63,999 bases of DNA, filler included, from Barthelona sp. PAP020 (GCA_040182905.1; 23 parts of 23 records of this genome joined end to end with filler, not necessarily neighbours in it), one strand, 5' to 3'; shown: positions 10,080 to 21,240, counted from the whole stretch's first letter. Numbers and translations: made by a program. The notes: a model not told the origin generated them from the sequence alone.

Positions 10080-10206
10080 TCATCGAAAAACTTCTAACTA
10101 TACCAAACTCAACGTAATGGGTTAACATAAAAATAAAAGTCTTTTAAATTTATGAAAAATTCAATTATATTTCAATTTACAATTGTAAAATTGTATTTCG
10201 AACAAG

Positions 10207-11064
10207 TTAGTTGAAACTTTGTTTGGAAGCGTTTCCACTCTTTTTAGTTCTTTTTCTATTTGAAGATTGAGGGTTGTACTTATTTTGAGATTTGATCTCT
10301 TCTTTGGGTTTTTCTTCTTTCTTTTCAATTTCAACAATTTCCGTTTTATTTGAATTGATTGACAGTAAAATGCTATAAATCACAAATGCAAAAAGATAAG
10401 AAGGCAAAACAATGTTATTATAATGAATAAACAAAGAAATGAACAAATCAATACTTAAATCAGCATAGTTTTTCTTAGACATAAACAAAACAACAAATAA
10501 GATACCAACATGCACAAAGATAACAAATAAATTGGGAATAAATTTGACTGGATTCAAAATAAGGAACACACAATTAAAAACAACAAAGTTATGAACAAGA
10601 ACAATGAGAGACTTAAAAAGAACAGCTTCTTGATCATAGAATTCAATTAAAGGATAATTTGCATATATTTCAAAGAAATAAAGGACAAAAGAAACAATTA
10701 AAGTTCCAGAAAAAGCTAAAGAATTCAAATTAACCAAAATATCTTGAAAGATATCGTTCTTGCTTAATTTTCTAATAAATTGAACAATTTTCAATATGAA
10801 AAAAAGGCAAATGAATAAAATAATTCCCAAAATTACATGAGATATATTGTTGATTATGTGCTTTTCCAAAGAAAACATTTTTCCCAAATGTGTATTGAAA
10901 AAAGGTATAATTCCTTTGATTAGAATTCCAATTAATTCTAAAAAAGAATCAATTGGATAGGGTAAACTGGGTAAATATCTGTTTAAAGATGAAACAGCTT
11001 TCAACCTATTGCTTTGAGAATAAAGAAAATCTGTTGCAATTTTCAAAGTTTCTTTTGCACTCAT
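10207..11064 (-). CDS. Multi-pass membrane protein, unknown function
   Basis: About six hydrophobic segments and a basic C-terminal tail; first ATG at 11064. Confidence 0.7.
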   Translation of the reverse strand: MSAKETLKIATDFLYSQSNRLKAVSSLNRYLPSLPYPIDSFLELIGILIKGIIPFFNTHLGKMFSLEKHIINNISHVILGIILFICLFFILKIVQFIRKLSKNDIFQDILVNLNSLAFSGTLIVSFVLYFFEIYANYPLIEFYDQEAVLFKSLIVLVHNFVVFNCVFLILNPVKFIPNLFVIFVHVGILFVVLFMSKKNYADLSIDLFISLFIHYNNIVLPSYLFAFVIYSILLSINSNKTEIVEIEKKEEKPKEEIKSQNKYNPQSSNRKRTKKSGNASKQSFN

Positions 11065-11344
11065 TTGTGACAACTCGAACACAGTTAAAAAAAAAAGTTC
11101 TTGAAGAACAAATTTTTTCTTTTCAATTGCTTCAATGTATTAAATATTTTTCCGTAATATTTACTGATCTATTATTTTTATAAACAAACTTTGCAAACAG
11201 ATGAAAATTGGAAAAATTCTTGAATTTTTGAGTCATAGTTTATGGTATTGAAAACTTGTGATTTGTATTTAGGTAAAAGTTTTGAAAATTATTGTTTGGG
11301 TCAAAGTTTTCAACAAAGACAAAAATTATTTTCTTGTTAATCTG

Positions 11345-11492
11345 ATGCAAAACTCTTCAATAGAAGTTGATGAAGGATTAATGATGGTATATGATCATCG
11401 AGATCTTGAACCCACATTTTTTCAACATATGAATGAAGATTTAAAAGAATTATGCACTGAATCCACTCAAATTTTAGTAGCTTCCTTATTTA
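11345..11492 (+). CDS. Hypothetical protein, 5' fragment
   Basis: ATG-initiated frame open to the contig edge. Confidence 0.3.
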
Positions 11493-12304
11493 NNNNNNNN
11501 NNNNNNNNNNNNNNNNNNNNNNNNNNNNNNNNNNNNTTAATTAATTAANNNNNNNNNNNNNNNNNNNNNNNNNNNNNNNNNNNNNNNNNNNNCAGACGAG
11601 CGTTCGCATATAAAATCCCTCAATTCCCCCACCCCCACGGATGGTTTAATGAAGTCATAAATAAAATAAAAAAATTTAACAACGGAAAAATATCCTTTTT
11701 TACAAACTGTGAATTTAAGAGAATTCTTCATGTTCCAAAATTTCCCTCTTAAGTAAAGAAATATCAGAAAGTCAAAAAAAAATGGGAGAAAATTTGATTG
11801 TCTTCATCTTCTTTGATAATAGTCTTTTCATGAAATAAAAAATCCTGATGATTCCAATCAAAAGATCTTCTGTCATTATATTTATTTTTTTTATTATATT
11901 CAACAATATGCTCGACCCAGCTTACAACCAAATTATTCCTCAATGAAGAAGAAGAACCAGCAAAATCTTCATTCTTATGATATTTCCACATTCAAAAACA
12001 ATTGATTCAAAAAAAAATGCTAGGATATGAGCAATTTATGAGCATAATGTACAAACCGTGGAAAGATAAAGAAGCTCAGCACTATTTACCCAAAAAGTAA
12101 TAGAATTCATCGAGTCTGTGCTTCAAATTCTTTTCGTTCCGTCAAATTTGTCGTTGTTTTTGACTGCCAAATATATTTTCTTGAAAACTTGAACACAATT
12201 GTCTCTCCATTCCTTTTTTCATGAAAGAATCAGAACATGTTAATCCTCAACAATTCAAACAATGAAAAAATATTCAAAATTAAAAATAAAGCAATTGCTA
12301 AATA

Positions 12305-13048
12305 TTAGGTTGAATTTATGAAGGTGGTAATTTGTTGAGCCCGATTAAAATTATTGAAAGCACCATATCTGGAAGAAATTCTCCTAGTATTGATTTTTTG
12401 AGGTGAACGTCGATGAATAGTGTGTGGATTTACGTCTTCAATACTGGGTAAAACTGGAATAGGTTTTCTTTTTTCTTCAGCTTTTGAGAAAGAGTTAAAG
12501 CCAAAGGTATTTTTACGTTTGGGTGATGATTTTTTAAAAGCAGGTCTAAAGCCTTTATTTGTTAAAATTGGAGAGTGAGAAGTTGTCGAATTGGGAAATT
12601 CTGGCAATAAATGCAGAACACGTGGGGTTTGACTTTTCTCGCTTTTCATTGAATATCTAGAAGAAACAATTCTTGGCTTAGCTTGTAATTGATCAAAAGA
12701 TTTGACCAAAATTGGCTGATGAATTTCAGAATCACATTGAACTGTCTCAATTCCAGAAGAACTTGATCGATTACTTTCCGAACTTTGAGAAAAACCAGTA
12801 TGTCGTGCCGATTTTTTTGTTTTTGGACTAAGTGGTAATATTGGTGAAGTTTGTGAGGGAATGTTTGTGAATGGTTTTATTTCATCATCAGGTGACATTA
12901 ATAATAAACTTAAATCAGCACTAACTTGCTTTGACTTGTTGTTGTTTTCAGAATTCAATTGATATTGAGATGATAAAACAAATGGATCTTCTATCAATTC
13001 ATAATCTATCATGAACTCAGGTAATTTCTCTTTGTATTTGTGTTTCAT
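12305..13048 (-). CDS. Ser/Pro/Lys-rich hypothetical protein
   Basis: 247-aa ORF, low complexity, many SP motifs. Confidence 0.65.
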   Translation of the reverse strand: MKHKYKEKLPEFMIDYELIEDPFVLSSQYQLNSENNNKSKQVSADLSLLLMSPDDEIKPFTNIPSQTSPILPLSPKTKKSARHTGFSQSSESNRSSSSGIETVQCDSEIHQPILVKSFDQLQAKPRIVSSRYSMKSEKSQTPRVLHLLPEFPNSTTSHSPILTNKGFRPAFKKSSPKRKNTFGFNSFSKAEEKRKPIPVLPSIEDVNPHTIHRRSPQKINTRRISSRYGAFNNFNRAQQITTFINST

Positions 13049-13241
13049 CTATTACATTTCACATCACAAAAAAACAAAAATTTTTAAAAGTGTGTGAAGA
13101 AAAGAAAATTTTATAAAAACCAAAAATATTCAATTTTAATTATAAGGATTAGATATTCGAAAAAATAGAAAAGAAATAATAGTTCTCTTTTGGAAAAAAT
13201 TCATTGAAAACCAAAAGAAAGGGGAAAGATTTTTTTTGTGA

Positions 13242-14009
13242 ATGAATGAATTAAATTCCATATTTCCTCTTGCCATTAAAGATTTCCGAAACCAAATTCA
13301 ATCAATAGAAATAGAAAGATATTTTGAATTATTTGATTTAAAATTTTACTTGAATGATGTTATAAATCAAATTTTAGAATCACCAAATTTAAATCCGTTG
13401 AATGAAGTTCAACAATATTTTACAAATTTAATAAAAGGAAAACAAACCATTGGAAGAAATTTTTCTTTCATCGTTGCAACAACCTACAATCGTATTTGTT
13501 TTTTAGATCATTTTAATGATGTTCTAAACGAAGGTATAAAACAATGTGTTGTACAAAATGAAGAAGATATCTCTCATCTGTTAATATTGTTATGTTACGA
13601 TTTTCGTCTCAGTTTGTTTAATCTTTGTTCTAAATATGTTGTTAATGATGATTTTAAGCAAATTTTTAAATATTTACAACTATTTTTTTTCTTCAATGAG
13701 TTTTTCTGTGATCTTATTAATTCTTTCAAACAAGATGAGGCAATACAAACCTCTAAATTTATAAATATCGCAAAAAAAATTGCTTCCCGACAAGATAAGA
13801 GTTCAGACAACAGTATTCCAAAATTTCCCATAAGAGATGCTTTCATTTCAAAGTTGTTTGAGAACGAGATGGTTTTGCTTATTGATATTGTAAATTGTTG
13901 GGTAAGTGATGAGTATAACTTGATGGAACTGTATTTAAATGCCAATTTGCAATTACATCCAGATTTTAGGAAAGTGAATGTGAAGTTGCTGGATGAAGGC
14001 AAACAATAA
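13242..14009 (+). CDS. C11orf49/CSTPP1-like tubulin polyglutamylase complex regulator
   Basis: YL.DVI.QILE...YF.....G....GRNFSFIVATTYNRICF...HLL.LLC.DF resembles the UPF0705/C11orf49 core. Confidence 0.65.
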   Translation: MNELNSIFPLAIKDFRNQIQSIEIERYFELFDLKFYLNDVINQILESPNLNPLNEVQQYFTNLIKGKQTIGRNFSFIVATTYNRICFLDHFNDVLNEGIKQCVVQNEEDISHLLILLCYDFRLSLFNLCSKYVVNDDFKQIFKYLQLFFFFNEFFCDLINSFKQDEAIQTSKFINIAKKIASRQDKSSDNSIPKFPIRDAFISKLFENEMVLLIDIVNCWVSDEYNLMELYLNANLQLHPDFRKVNVKLLDEGKQ

Positions 14010-14248
14010 ATATTTCAAGATTTTTTTTCAATTTTTGTTTTATCAACCTAAAACCTACCATTTTTTGGAGTTGGAATTTCAAATTGAAACTAAATATTCT
14101 TTTGTTTTTGCAATTAAAGGGAAAAAGAATAGAAAACTATGTTTAAACAAAAAAAGAATATGATCGGACTTTGTTAAAGATAATATTATGGCACTTTCAT
14201 TGCTTTGTTTGTTGAAGATTTTGTGCTTAGATGGGATATATATATTTT

Positions 14249-14364
14249 TATTTCCAAGCCAAGAAGCACTGTGCGTATGAGTGAATAAAAAAGAATAGTG
14301 TTTATTTGGTTAAAGGCTTTCGAGGCCCGATTGATCTGTTGAAAAACTTTAGATTTTCTAAGGT
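14249..14364 (+). repeat. Dispersed repeat family A core (runs off contig)
   Basis: TATTTCCAAGCCAAGAAGCACTGTGCGTATGAGTGAATAA...AAAGGCTTTCGAGGCCCGATTGATCTGTTGAAAAACTTTAGATTTTC, shared with five other contigs. Confidence 0.95.
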
Positions 14365-14825
14365 NNNNNNNNNNNNNNNNNNNNNNNNNNNNNNNNNNNN
14401 NNNNNNNNTTAATTAATTAANNNNNNNNNNNNNNNNNNNNNNNNNNNNNNNNNNNNNNNNNNNNATCGTGTATTTCAATAAGCAAACAGGTTTGATGGAA
14501 GAAAATGAAGATGAATATCAAAAACAAGAATATGAAAAGTATTTCGGCACTCAATAGGTTCTTTGAGGATAAAGTCAGTTATAGCACAACATTTTACTGA
14601 ATAAATTTTATTAGTCTCATTTTAGTTTCTTTTTTTTCAAATGAAGGTCTTTTTATGCCTTACTTTTGAACCCTTTTAGCTTCCTTGTACAAAGGCTCAC
14701 CTAATAATTTATTTATTTCAACCAAAGCTGACTTGGGTTCAGCTTAGGTATTTTATTGAACTGAAATTACCATTATCCTAAAACTTCACACCTAAAAAAA
14801 ATTACATTAAAACATACATTTACAA

Positions 14826-16148
14826 CTAATCAAGTTCTAACAAAAATTTCAAAAGAGCTTTTCTCACATACTCTTTTTGTTGAATTTCAGGCATTGAACT
14901 ATTTATTTTGATCATCATATTCATTGTTTTTGAAAAAATATTCCATCGTTTTGTCGTTTGAAATGAAGTATCAATATTTGAACTATCACAGATTTCAGAT
15001 ACAGTTGACTCACACTCAATCTCAGTAATATCATTGTCTTGAATAATTTCATTAATTTGAGAGATTTGACAATTCACATCTGTATCAGAATACACATGGT
15101 AGACGTCCGAGTTATTTTTTCCAAAGATCACTCTTGAAGGATCTTTTGGGTCAACTACTGCATCAATATTTAACTTTGGATAGCTTGAGCTGTTTTCTTT
15201 GAAGTATTTTTCTTGCTGGTTCAAAGTTATAAATTCATCCCTTTTGGATATAACTCTGGAAAGATTTGGAACAAAAACAACTTTACCAACAGGTACACTT
15301 GAAGACTCATTCTCTCTCGTACTCACAATATCACTCTCAGTTTGAATTTGTTTTCTCCTTTTTTCAGCTAAAATATTCACATATTCTTCATAAAACTTTG
15401 TGGAAATAATGGATGTGGGAAATGCAACAGCCATTAAACCAAATAACATCAAACTGATTGCAACTATCTTTCCCCAAAATGATATAGGAATTTTATCACC
15501 ATAACCCACAGTACTCAAAGTAACAAAAGCAAACCATATACAATCCCCAAGAGATTGAAAATCACTAATTTCACCATTTAAGTTATAGTATTTTCCATTG
15601 GACAAAATACCACGTTCAACGTAAAATAGGATCCCACTCAAAAATAAAACAATAGCCAAAAAAATCAAAAAAAGAAACAAAAAATCTTGAATACATGCTT
15701 GAATTGTATTGAACACTGCTTCAACAGAAGATGATAAAGCTTTTAATTTAAAAATTCTGAATATTCTAGTTAACCTAAAAAGACGCAAGGAAAAATCAAT
15801 GGAAGGGGTTGATATTTGCATCAGATAGAAAAACCAAGGTAAAATCGACAATAAATCGGTAATTCCTAATGGAGAAAAAACATATTTTTTCCAATCATTG
15901 TAAAAACTATACACGTGTAAAACGTAATCAAAGAAAAATACAAAAGTTACAATTGTATCCAAAAAGAAGTAAAAAATTAGATTATGGACACTGGAATCTG
16001 TTAGTTCGATACAGATCATCGCAATACTAACAAAAGCAAATATACATATTATAACATTGTACAAATAACTCGAAAAAGTGTTTGGATTTTCAAGAAACCT
16101 TTTTAATTTCTCAATTTTCGGTGGTCGTTTCTGGGTAAAACACCCCAT
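14826..16148 (-). CDS. Voltage-gated potassium channel (6TM)
   Basis: S4 LRLFRLTRIFRIFKLK, selectivity filter TLSTVGYGD, S6 AFPTSIISTKF. Confidence 0.95.
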   Translation of the reverse strand: MGCFTQKRPPKIEKLKRFLENPNTFSSYLYNVIICIFAFVSIAMICIELTDSSVHNLIFYFFLDTIVTFVFFFDYVLHVYSFYNDWKKYVFSPLGITDLLSILPWFFYLMQISTPSIDFSLRLFRLTRIFRIFKLKALSSSVEAVFNTIQACIQDFLFLFLIFLAIVLFLSGILFYVERGILSNGKYYNLNGEISDFQSLGDCIWFAFVTLSTVGYGDKIPISFWGKIVAISLMLFGLMAVAFPTSIISTKFYEEYVNILAEKRRKQIQTESDIVSTRENESSSVPVGKVVFVPNLSRVISKRDEFITLNQQEKYFKENSSSYPKLNIDAVVDPKDPSRVIFGKNNSDVYHVYSDTDVNCQISQINEIIQDNDITEIECESTVSEICDSSNIDTSFQTTKRWNIFSKTMNMMIKINSSMPEIQQKEYVRKALLKFLLELD

Positions 16149-16619
16149 ATGAATTAATAAAACAAAAAAATCATAGAAAACCAGAATACTCACATTGTCT
16201 TTATTCAATGTTTATGACAAATAAAAAAATTGTAAGATGAAATGACTTTAACAAGAAGGACATCAAAGTAACCCATAAAGAATGAAGTTTTTCTCTGTTT
16301 CAAGCTAACCCATTGAATTTCCTTTTATTTTACCAAAAATTGACAATCAATTGTATTATTTGCATTATTTAAAAAACAGAAAAAGAACAATGGTCAAATA
16401 AATGAAAAATTTTAATTATTCAAAAAATCATTGAATTAAGCCCGTTCTACAATATCATCAAACAATTAATTACAAATAATGTGGAAAAGTTAGAATTCTT
16501 TTGAAGCATTCCCTTTACAGTCCTGTTCAAATTTTCATAGAGGACTCTAAACATTCACGAAGAATGGTTTGAAAAAAGAAAAATAAATATGTGAGTTGAA
16601 AGTTGGGTTAGTTGCAAAG

Positions 16620-16750
16620 TCTGGGAGTAAAAATGAAGTAGGCAATTGAAATCTCTGTGTGAATATTTGAGAGTGATTTCCATTTCCAATTTTCTCAGTT
16701 TTCAGCAATGCAAAATTTTGAATTTGGAACTTTGATTTTAAAGAAATCTA
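16620..16750 (-). repeat. Degenerate inverted arm of repeat A
   Basis: Reverse complement TAGATTTCTT..AAAGTTCCAAATTCAAAATTTTGC..GAAAACTGAGAAAATTGGAAATG aligns with 16857-16930 and 39255-39325. Confidence 0.55.
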
Positions 16751-16756
16751 TACATT

Positions 16757-17225
16757 TATTTCCAAGCCAAGAAGCATTGTGCGTAAGAGTGAATAAGAAA
16801 GAATGGTGTTTATTTGGTCAAAGGCTTTCGAGGCCCGATTGATTTGTTGAAAACTTTAGATTTTCAATGGTAAATTTTAAACTTTAGAATTTTGCTTTTG
16901 CAAAAAAACAGAAGAATGGAAATGAAAAATTTCTCGGAAATTCTTATACTTACTTGTTAAAATTTCATTTCATTCCCTCAATTCCCCTCCTGGGATTTTG
17001 ACTGAAATTTGCTAGAATGAGTTTTTTGAGTTTACTTTCTTTGTAAATAAATATAGTTGTTTCACAACTAGACCAATAAATTCCATTTTTGCTTTCAACC
17101 ATTACCTGAATAATGTGGAAGTTCATGCTCAATGAACGGAATTTATTGGAGATATAAAGAGGTCATCAAATATCACTTCCTTTATTTGTTGTTTCTTGAC
17201 CACCTTTAGGTCCAATTTTTTAAGT
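16757..17225 (+). repeat. Repeat family A, core plus arm, continuing into a segment shared with 47979-48076
   Basis: Core as above; arm homologous to 39260-39470; 17109-17206 differs from 47979-48076 at one position. Confidence 0.9.
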
Positions 17226-17325
17226 NNNNNNNNNNNNNNNNNNNNNNNNNNNNNNNNNNNNNNNNNNNNTTAATTAATTAANNNNNNNNNNNNNNNNNNN
17301 NNNNNNNNNNNNNNNNNNNNNNNNN

Positions 17326-17697
17326 ACTTTTTCCTTTCTTTAACAAACTCTTCTTCGTGGTTCCTTTTCTTAGTTTTTCCCGTTTGGCTGATATTTCTTC
17401 TAAATGCTGTTCATTTTTTGTGCGGTATGTTTCGTATGCCTCTGAAAGAAAATCACCATTGGTTGTTCTGTTTCTTTGTTTCTGCTTATATTTTGGAACT
17501 TTATTCATCAATTGGTCTCCTTCTAATGCGTTCGTATCAGGAACAGCTGTTGTCACTGTTTTTTGTTCATTTTCATCAGATTTTTCCTTGTTATTTTGTT
17601 TCTTGGTTTTCAAATATTTGGACATGGTTTTCGACCTGTCATAATATTGATGACGTTTTTTGAATTTTAATCGCTCAACTTGATCTTTGGTTCCCAT
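17326..17697 (-). CDS. Lys-rich protein, possibly CCDC59/Fyv7-like rRNA-processing factor (partial)
   Basis: Basic N-terminus, coiled-coil, ends ..KSLLKKGKS at the contig edge; family guess is weak. Confidence 0.4.
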
Positions 17698-17757
17698 TCT
17701 TCTTTTGCAATAAATCGTTTATGTTTTTTTTTTTGCAAATTTGTTCCCCCCAAAATT

Positions 17758-18372
17758 ATGAAATTATTCAGTTACGAAATGTTTGGACATATTAAGCTTG
17801 CTTGGTGGATATCGATTGTACAAACCACAGTTTTTTTGGGCTTGATGATATTTCTTCTCTTTTTTACTGAATATTGTCTTTATCATTTTTTTCACAAGCT
17901 AATTGCAATATTCAATTTTGTCGCTATTCTCCCTCAACTCCTCATATTTTTAAATTCGACTCTTTTGAAAAGAATTAGTTTTTTATTAGCTTCAATAATG
18001 GGTACAATTGACAGTCTGTTGTTTTGTCAAGCTTATGGATATGCCAAATCCGCAATCAGTTTGAATTCGAATAATAATACTGCTGATTTTGGATTCAGAA
18101 TTGAATCTTCTTTTAAAATTGGAATTTTGTGGTTTATTTCTTGTTTATGTCATGTTCCCACTATTATTTTACTGAAAAAAATTCATGATGAAAAAATGAA
18201 TTCTCTTTCCCTGTCAAAACCAGCTCAATCATATACTCCCATTTTAAAAAAGAATGAAATTGATAATACATTGTCTTCACCTGATAGAAATACTCCTACA
18301 TTTGATTTGGAGGAACTAAACTATATCAATTCTGTAGTGACTGAATACACTTCATCAAGTCCCAAAAAATAG
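17758..18372 (+). CDS. Four-TM membrane protein, unknown
   Basis: Four hydrophobic segments and a polar tail; head-to-head with the 17697 gene. Confidence 0.7.
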   Translation: MKLFSYEMFGHIKLAWWISIVQTTVFLGLMIFLLFFTEYCLYHFFHKLIAIFNFVAILPQLLIFLNSTLLKRISFLLASIMGTIDSLLFCQAYGYAKSAISLNSNNNTADFGFRIESSFKIGILWFISCLCHVPTIILLKKIHDEKMNSLSLSKPAQSYTPILKKNEIDNTLSSPDRNTPTFDLEELNYINSVVTEYTSSSPKK

Positions 18373-18710
18373 AAAATACAGATCTTTTTGTGTAATTGAT
18401 GAAAAATATTTGCAAAAATATGTGTTTCAATTTGTGTGTTCACATCAACACAAAAACGTGGAATAAAAACAATAACTTTACTTGTCAAGCAAAAATTATG
18501 AACAAAAATTTATTTTCCATTCAAACACCCGGGGGAAAATTTTCAATTACTCCAGTTTTAATTGAATTGAATGTTATGTCTCGTAACTTAATTATATTAG
18601 ACCTTTAACAATAACAAGCAATAATTTAATTTTAATATCCGTTTTCTTTTTTGGACAAGAACAAAATCTTGTAAATTCATACTCATTTTTTTATTTTTTT
18701 TTGATGGACT

Positions 18711-19331
18711 ATGAATTATTCCAATAAGGTTCTAGTTGGTAATTGGTTTAATGATAGAAAATTAGTCTCAAAACCCAGGTTTTTGGAAACTCAGTACAAT
18801 TTTAAACCTGAATTATCCACCGCATCATTTTCTCAGCCTTTATTTCATTCAAATTCACAGCTTGAAAATGAAAATTATGATGAATTGAATGTTTCAACCG
18901 ATGTTGAAATTGAAAAATGGGGTCGAATTCAAATGAATGAAGAATTTCCAAAATTGTGTCAAAAAGCAAAACACAGATCAAATAATACCAGACGTAATAA
19001 ATATTATCAGTATCAGTTGAAAAAACAACCCAAAAGAAAAGTCTGTATGCCTGAAAAATTGTACAAAGAATTTGAACCTGATTATAAAACGACGTACATT
19101 GAAGAATTTTTTAATGATAGTGATAAATTGGCGTTAACACCAGCAGAATTACGCAATGACATGAAAATTATTCGCAAACCACATAAAACATATTTTTATG
19201 GCGATGATCCTGATAAAAGAGAGTTTGGATTGGATTACGCTTCAAAGAAATTCGATCGCATAATGGTATTTGATGATGATATTTACAATTCTTTTAATGA
19301 CATTGATAATGAAACAAAAAATAAAAAATGA
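18711..19331 (+). CDS. Probable axonemal microtubule inner protein (CFAP107/C1orf158-like N-terminus)
   Basis: YSNKVLVGNWFNDR motif and a YKTTY motif. Confidence 0.55.
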   Translation: MNYSNKVLVGNWFNDRKLVSKPRFLETQYNFKPELSTASFSQPLFHSNSQLENENYDELNVSTDVEIEKWGRIQMNEEFPKLCQKAKHRSNNTRRNKYYQYQLKKQPKRKVCMPEKLYKEFEPDYKTTYIEEFFNDSDKLALTPAELRNDMKIIRKPHKTYFYGDDPDKREFGLDYASKKFDRIMVFDDDIYNSFNDIDNETKNKK

Positions 19332-19944
19332 TAATTTATTGATCATATCAAACATAAGAAACTAAACCAATTCTTGAATTTTAAAATTTAAAAATATCTC
19401 CTTGGGTTTATCATTGGCAAAATTTTTGAAACCCGTAAAGTATTCCTTTGAGAAAATTTCATTTCGTAAATTGATAATATTTTTTTTTTTTTAGACTCAG
19501 AATAAATCTATTCTCAAACAATGTCAACTCATAACACATTATTTTCAAATACAATAAAAAATGTGCTGAGAAAACACATATACTGCAATTTCATATTCTT
19601 TTAAACAAGGAATTTGATTCATATCTCTTTTGTTTCACACGAATTTTCATTATGGGTGCCCAAAAAAAGATCAATTCACTTTGAATCTTAAAGAAACTCC
19701 AAAAAACTCATAAATTCTGCTATTTGACGATAAAATATGTTTTTTAAGGGCTAAAACTGGTCAATAATATCAAAATGAATGGAGACAAACTCAATTTTCT
19801 CCTTAAAAATTTTGGATAAAAATTGAGATTCCTTTTTTTGAGCACTGGAAATTAGGCTCAAATTTCAACTTTTTCATTTTTTTTTATTACTTTTACTTTT
19901 TTCTTTAAGTATTTACTATAACAGATTTGAACAAAATATAGAAA

Positions 19945-20081
19945 ATGGTTGCTATTGGTATTGATTTAGGTACCACCTACTCATGTGTTGGTGTTATGAA
20001 CAATGGTCGTGTTGAAATTCTTACAAACGATCAAGGTCGCAGAACTACTCCTTCTTATGTTGCTTTTACAAAGCGTGAACG
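19945..20081 (+). CDS. HSP70: Cytosolic Hsp70, N-terminal fragment
   Basis: [15 protein letters not shown]...[20 protein letters not shown]; no signal peptide. Confidence 0.95.
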
Positions 20082-20226
20082 NNNNNNNNNNNNNNNNNNN
20101 NNNNNNNNNNNNNNNNNNNNNNNNNTTAATTAATTAANNNNNNNNNNNNNNNNNNNNNNNNNNNNNNNNNNNNNNNNNNNNCAGTGTTAACAATCATTGT
20201 CGGCAAAAAAAAAAAAAAAAAAATTA

Positions 20227-21116
20227 GATCCTCCAAATTTATCATTTCTCTTTGGATATTCAATATTTATCCCTCAAATCAGGCATTATTTTAATTTAGT
20301 TGTTGGCAAAATGAAATTTGATAATTGATTGACTGGTTTGTGGAGAACTCTTCACAATATTAATTAATTCTTTCTTGAGACCTCCTTTTTCAAATTGATG
20401 CGGTCAATTGAACTTACGATATTGATTGAAACATTGTGAAAATGTCGCACAATTATGAAAGTTTGTCATAATGATGTTTGTTCGAATATTTTTTACAAAG
20501 GACATCGTTCCAATTTATTTTCACAGATTTGTTGATATAGTGATGGTATTGACAGATTTTTACTCACGAAATTCACAAATTAAACTTGCAAGAGTACTAT
20601 ATGTATTCACCAAATTTTCTCTTTGTCTTCCATTGAAGAAACATTTTTCACCTCTTCAATGAGCCTCTTATGTTGGTAGTGTGACAACTTTCAATTTTAT
20701 TAAATAAAGGCAACATAATTTGTTATTGTTTTTTGTTCTTGTTGGGTTGGACTCCAACAATCGGTATCCTAACATTAGGAAAAGATAACAGTGGCATGAT
20801 ACTTTGGTGTGGGGGTGATACAAACTAATGCAAAGAAAGTAAACCAAACAGTCATTTCTGTGAATTTCCGTCAAAACTCAAGGTGTGAGATCCACACTGA
20901 AATGCTGTTGTATGGTCTAGGTTGCTTCTTTGGGAAAGAACTTCTTGTCCTTGTTTCCTTTTTGGATTTGGCAAAAGCAAAATTTTAAAGTTTGAACTTT
21001 ACCTTAAAAAATTTAAAGTTTTTCAACAGATCAATCGGGCCTCAAAAGCCTTTAACCAAATAAACACTATTCTTTCTTATTCACTCATACGCACAGTGCT
21101 TCTTGGCTTGGAAATA
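20227..21116 (-). repeat. Repeat family A, long (~890 bp) copy
   Basis: Reverse complement is collinear with 23226-24098 over its whole length; core at ~21005-21116. Confidence 0.9.
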
Positions 21117-21240
21117 GTTCTTTCATTATACAAACCTTTTACTCTAAATGACTTCTATAATCCTAAATGATAATTTTTATGTCTTGAACTAAAACATGAA
21201 ACTTTCCTTTTACATTCAATTTTTTAAAAAAAAATAAGAT

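Larger units (their letters stand above)
9138..10159. mobile_element. Repeat family C, long copy (~1.02 kb) with internal ORF and structured region
   Basis: 9138-~9330 matches 21241-~21435 and 45264-45356; 10079-10159 matches 21458-21540. Imperfect inverted ends TTTTCATAAAT (9156-9166) / ATTTATGAAAA (10148-10158), with nested AAGAC/GTCTT and AACCCA/TGGGTT. Confidence 0.65.

Noticed and set aside
11764..12260. Short ORFs and coding-like sequence
   Set aside because: Stops in all frames examined and no recognisable homology. Possibly a decayed gene, but not supportable.
20298..20707. Plus-strand frame interrupted only by TGA codons (LAK*NLIID*LVCG...), suggesting UGA=Trp genes served by the 4-bp tRNA-Trp
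   Set aside because: Best explained as the antisense shadow of a decayed ORF on the other strand (NNT-CAN gives TGA). The second copy (23226-24098) has a frameshift in this frame, and conserved genes use TGG for Trp and TGA as stop.
20922..21170. Small protein encoded by the repeat A core (FQQINRASKAFNQINT...)
   Set aside because: No ATG start, and the frame is broken by indels in the 23226 copy.
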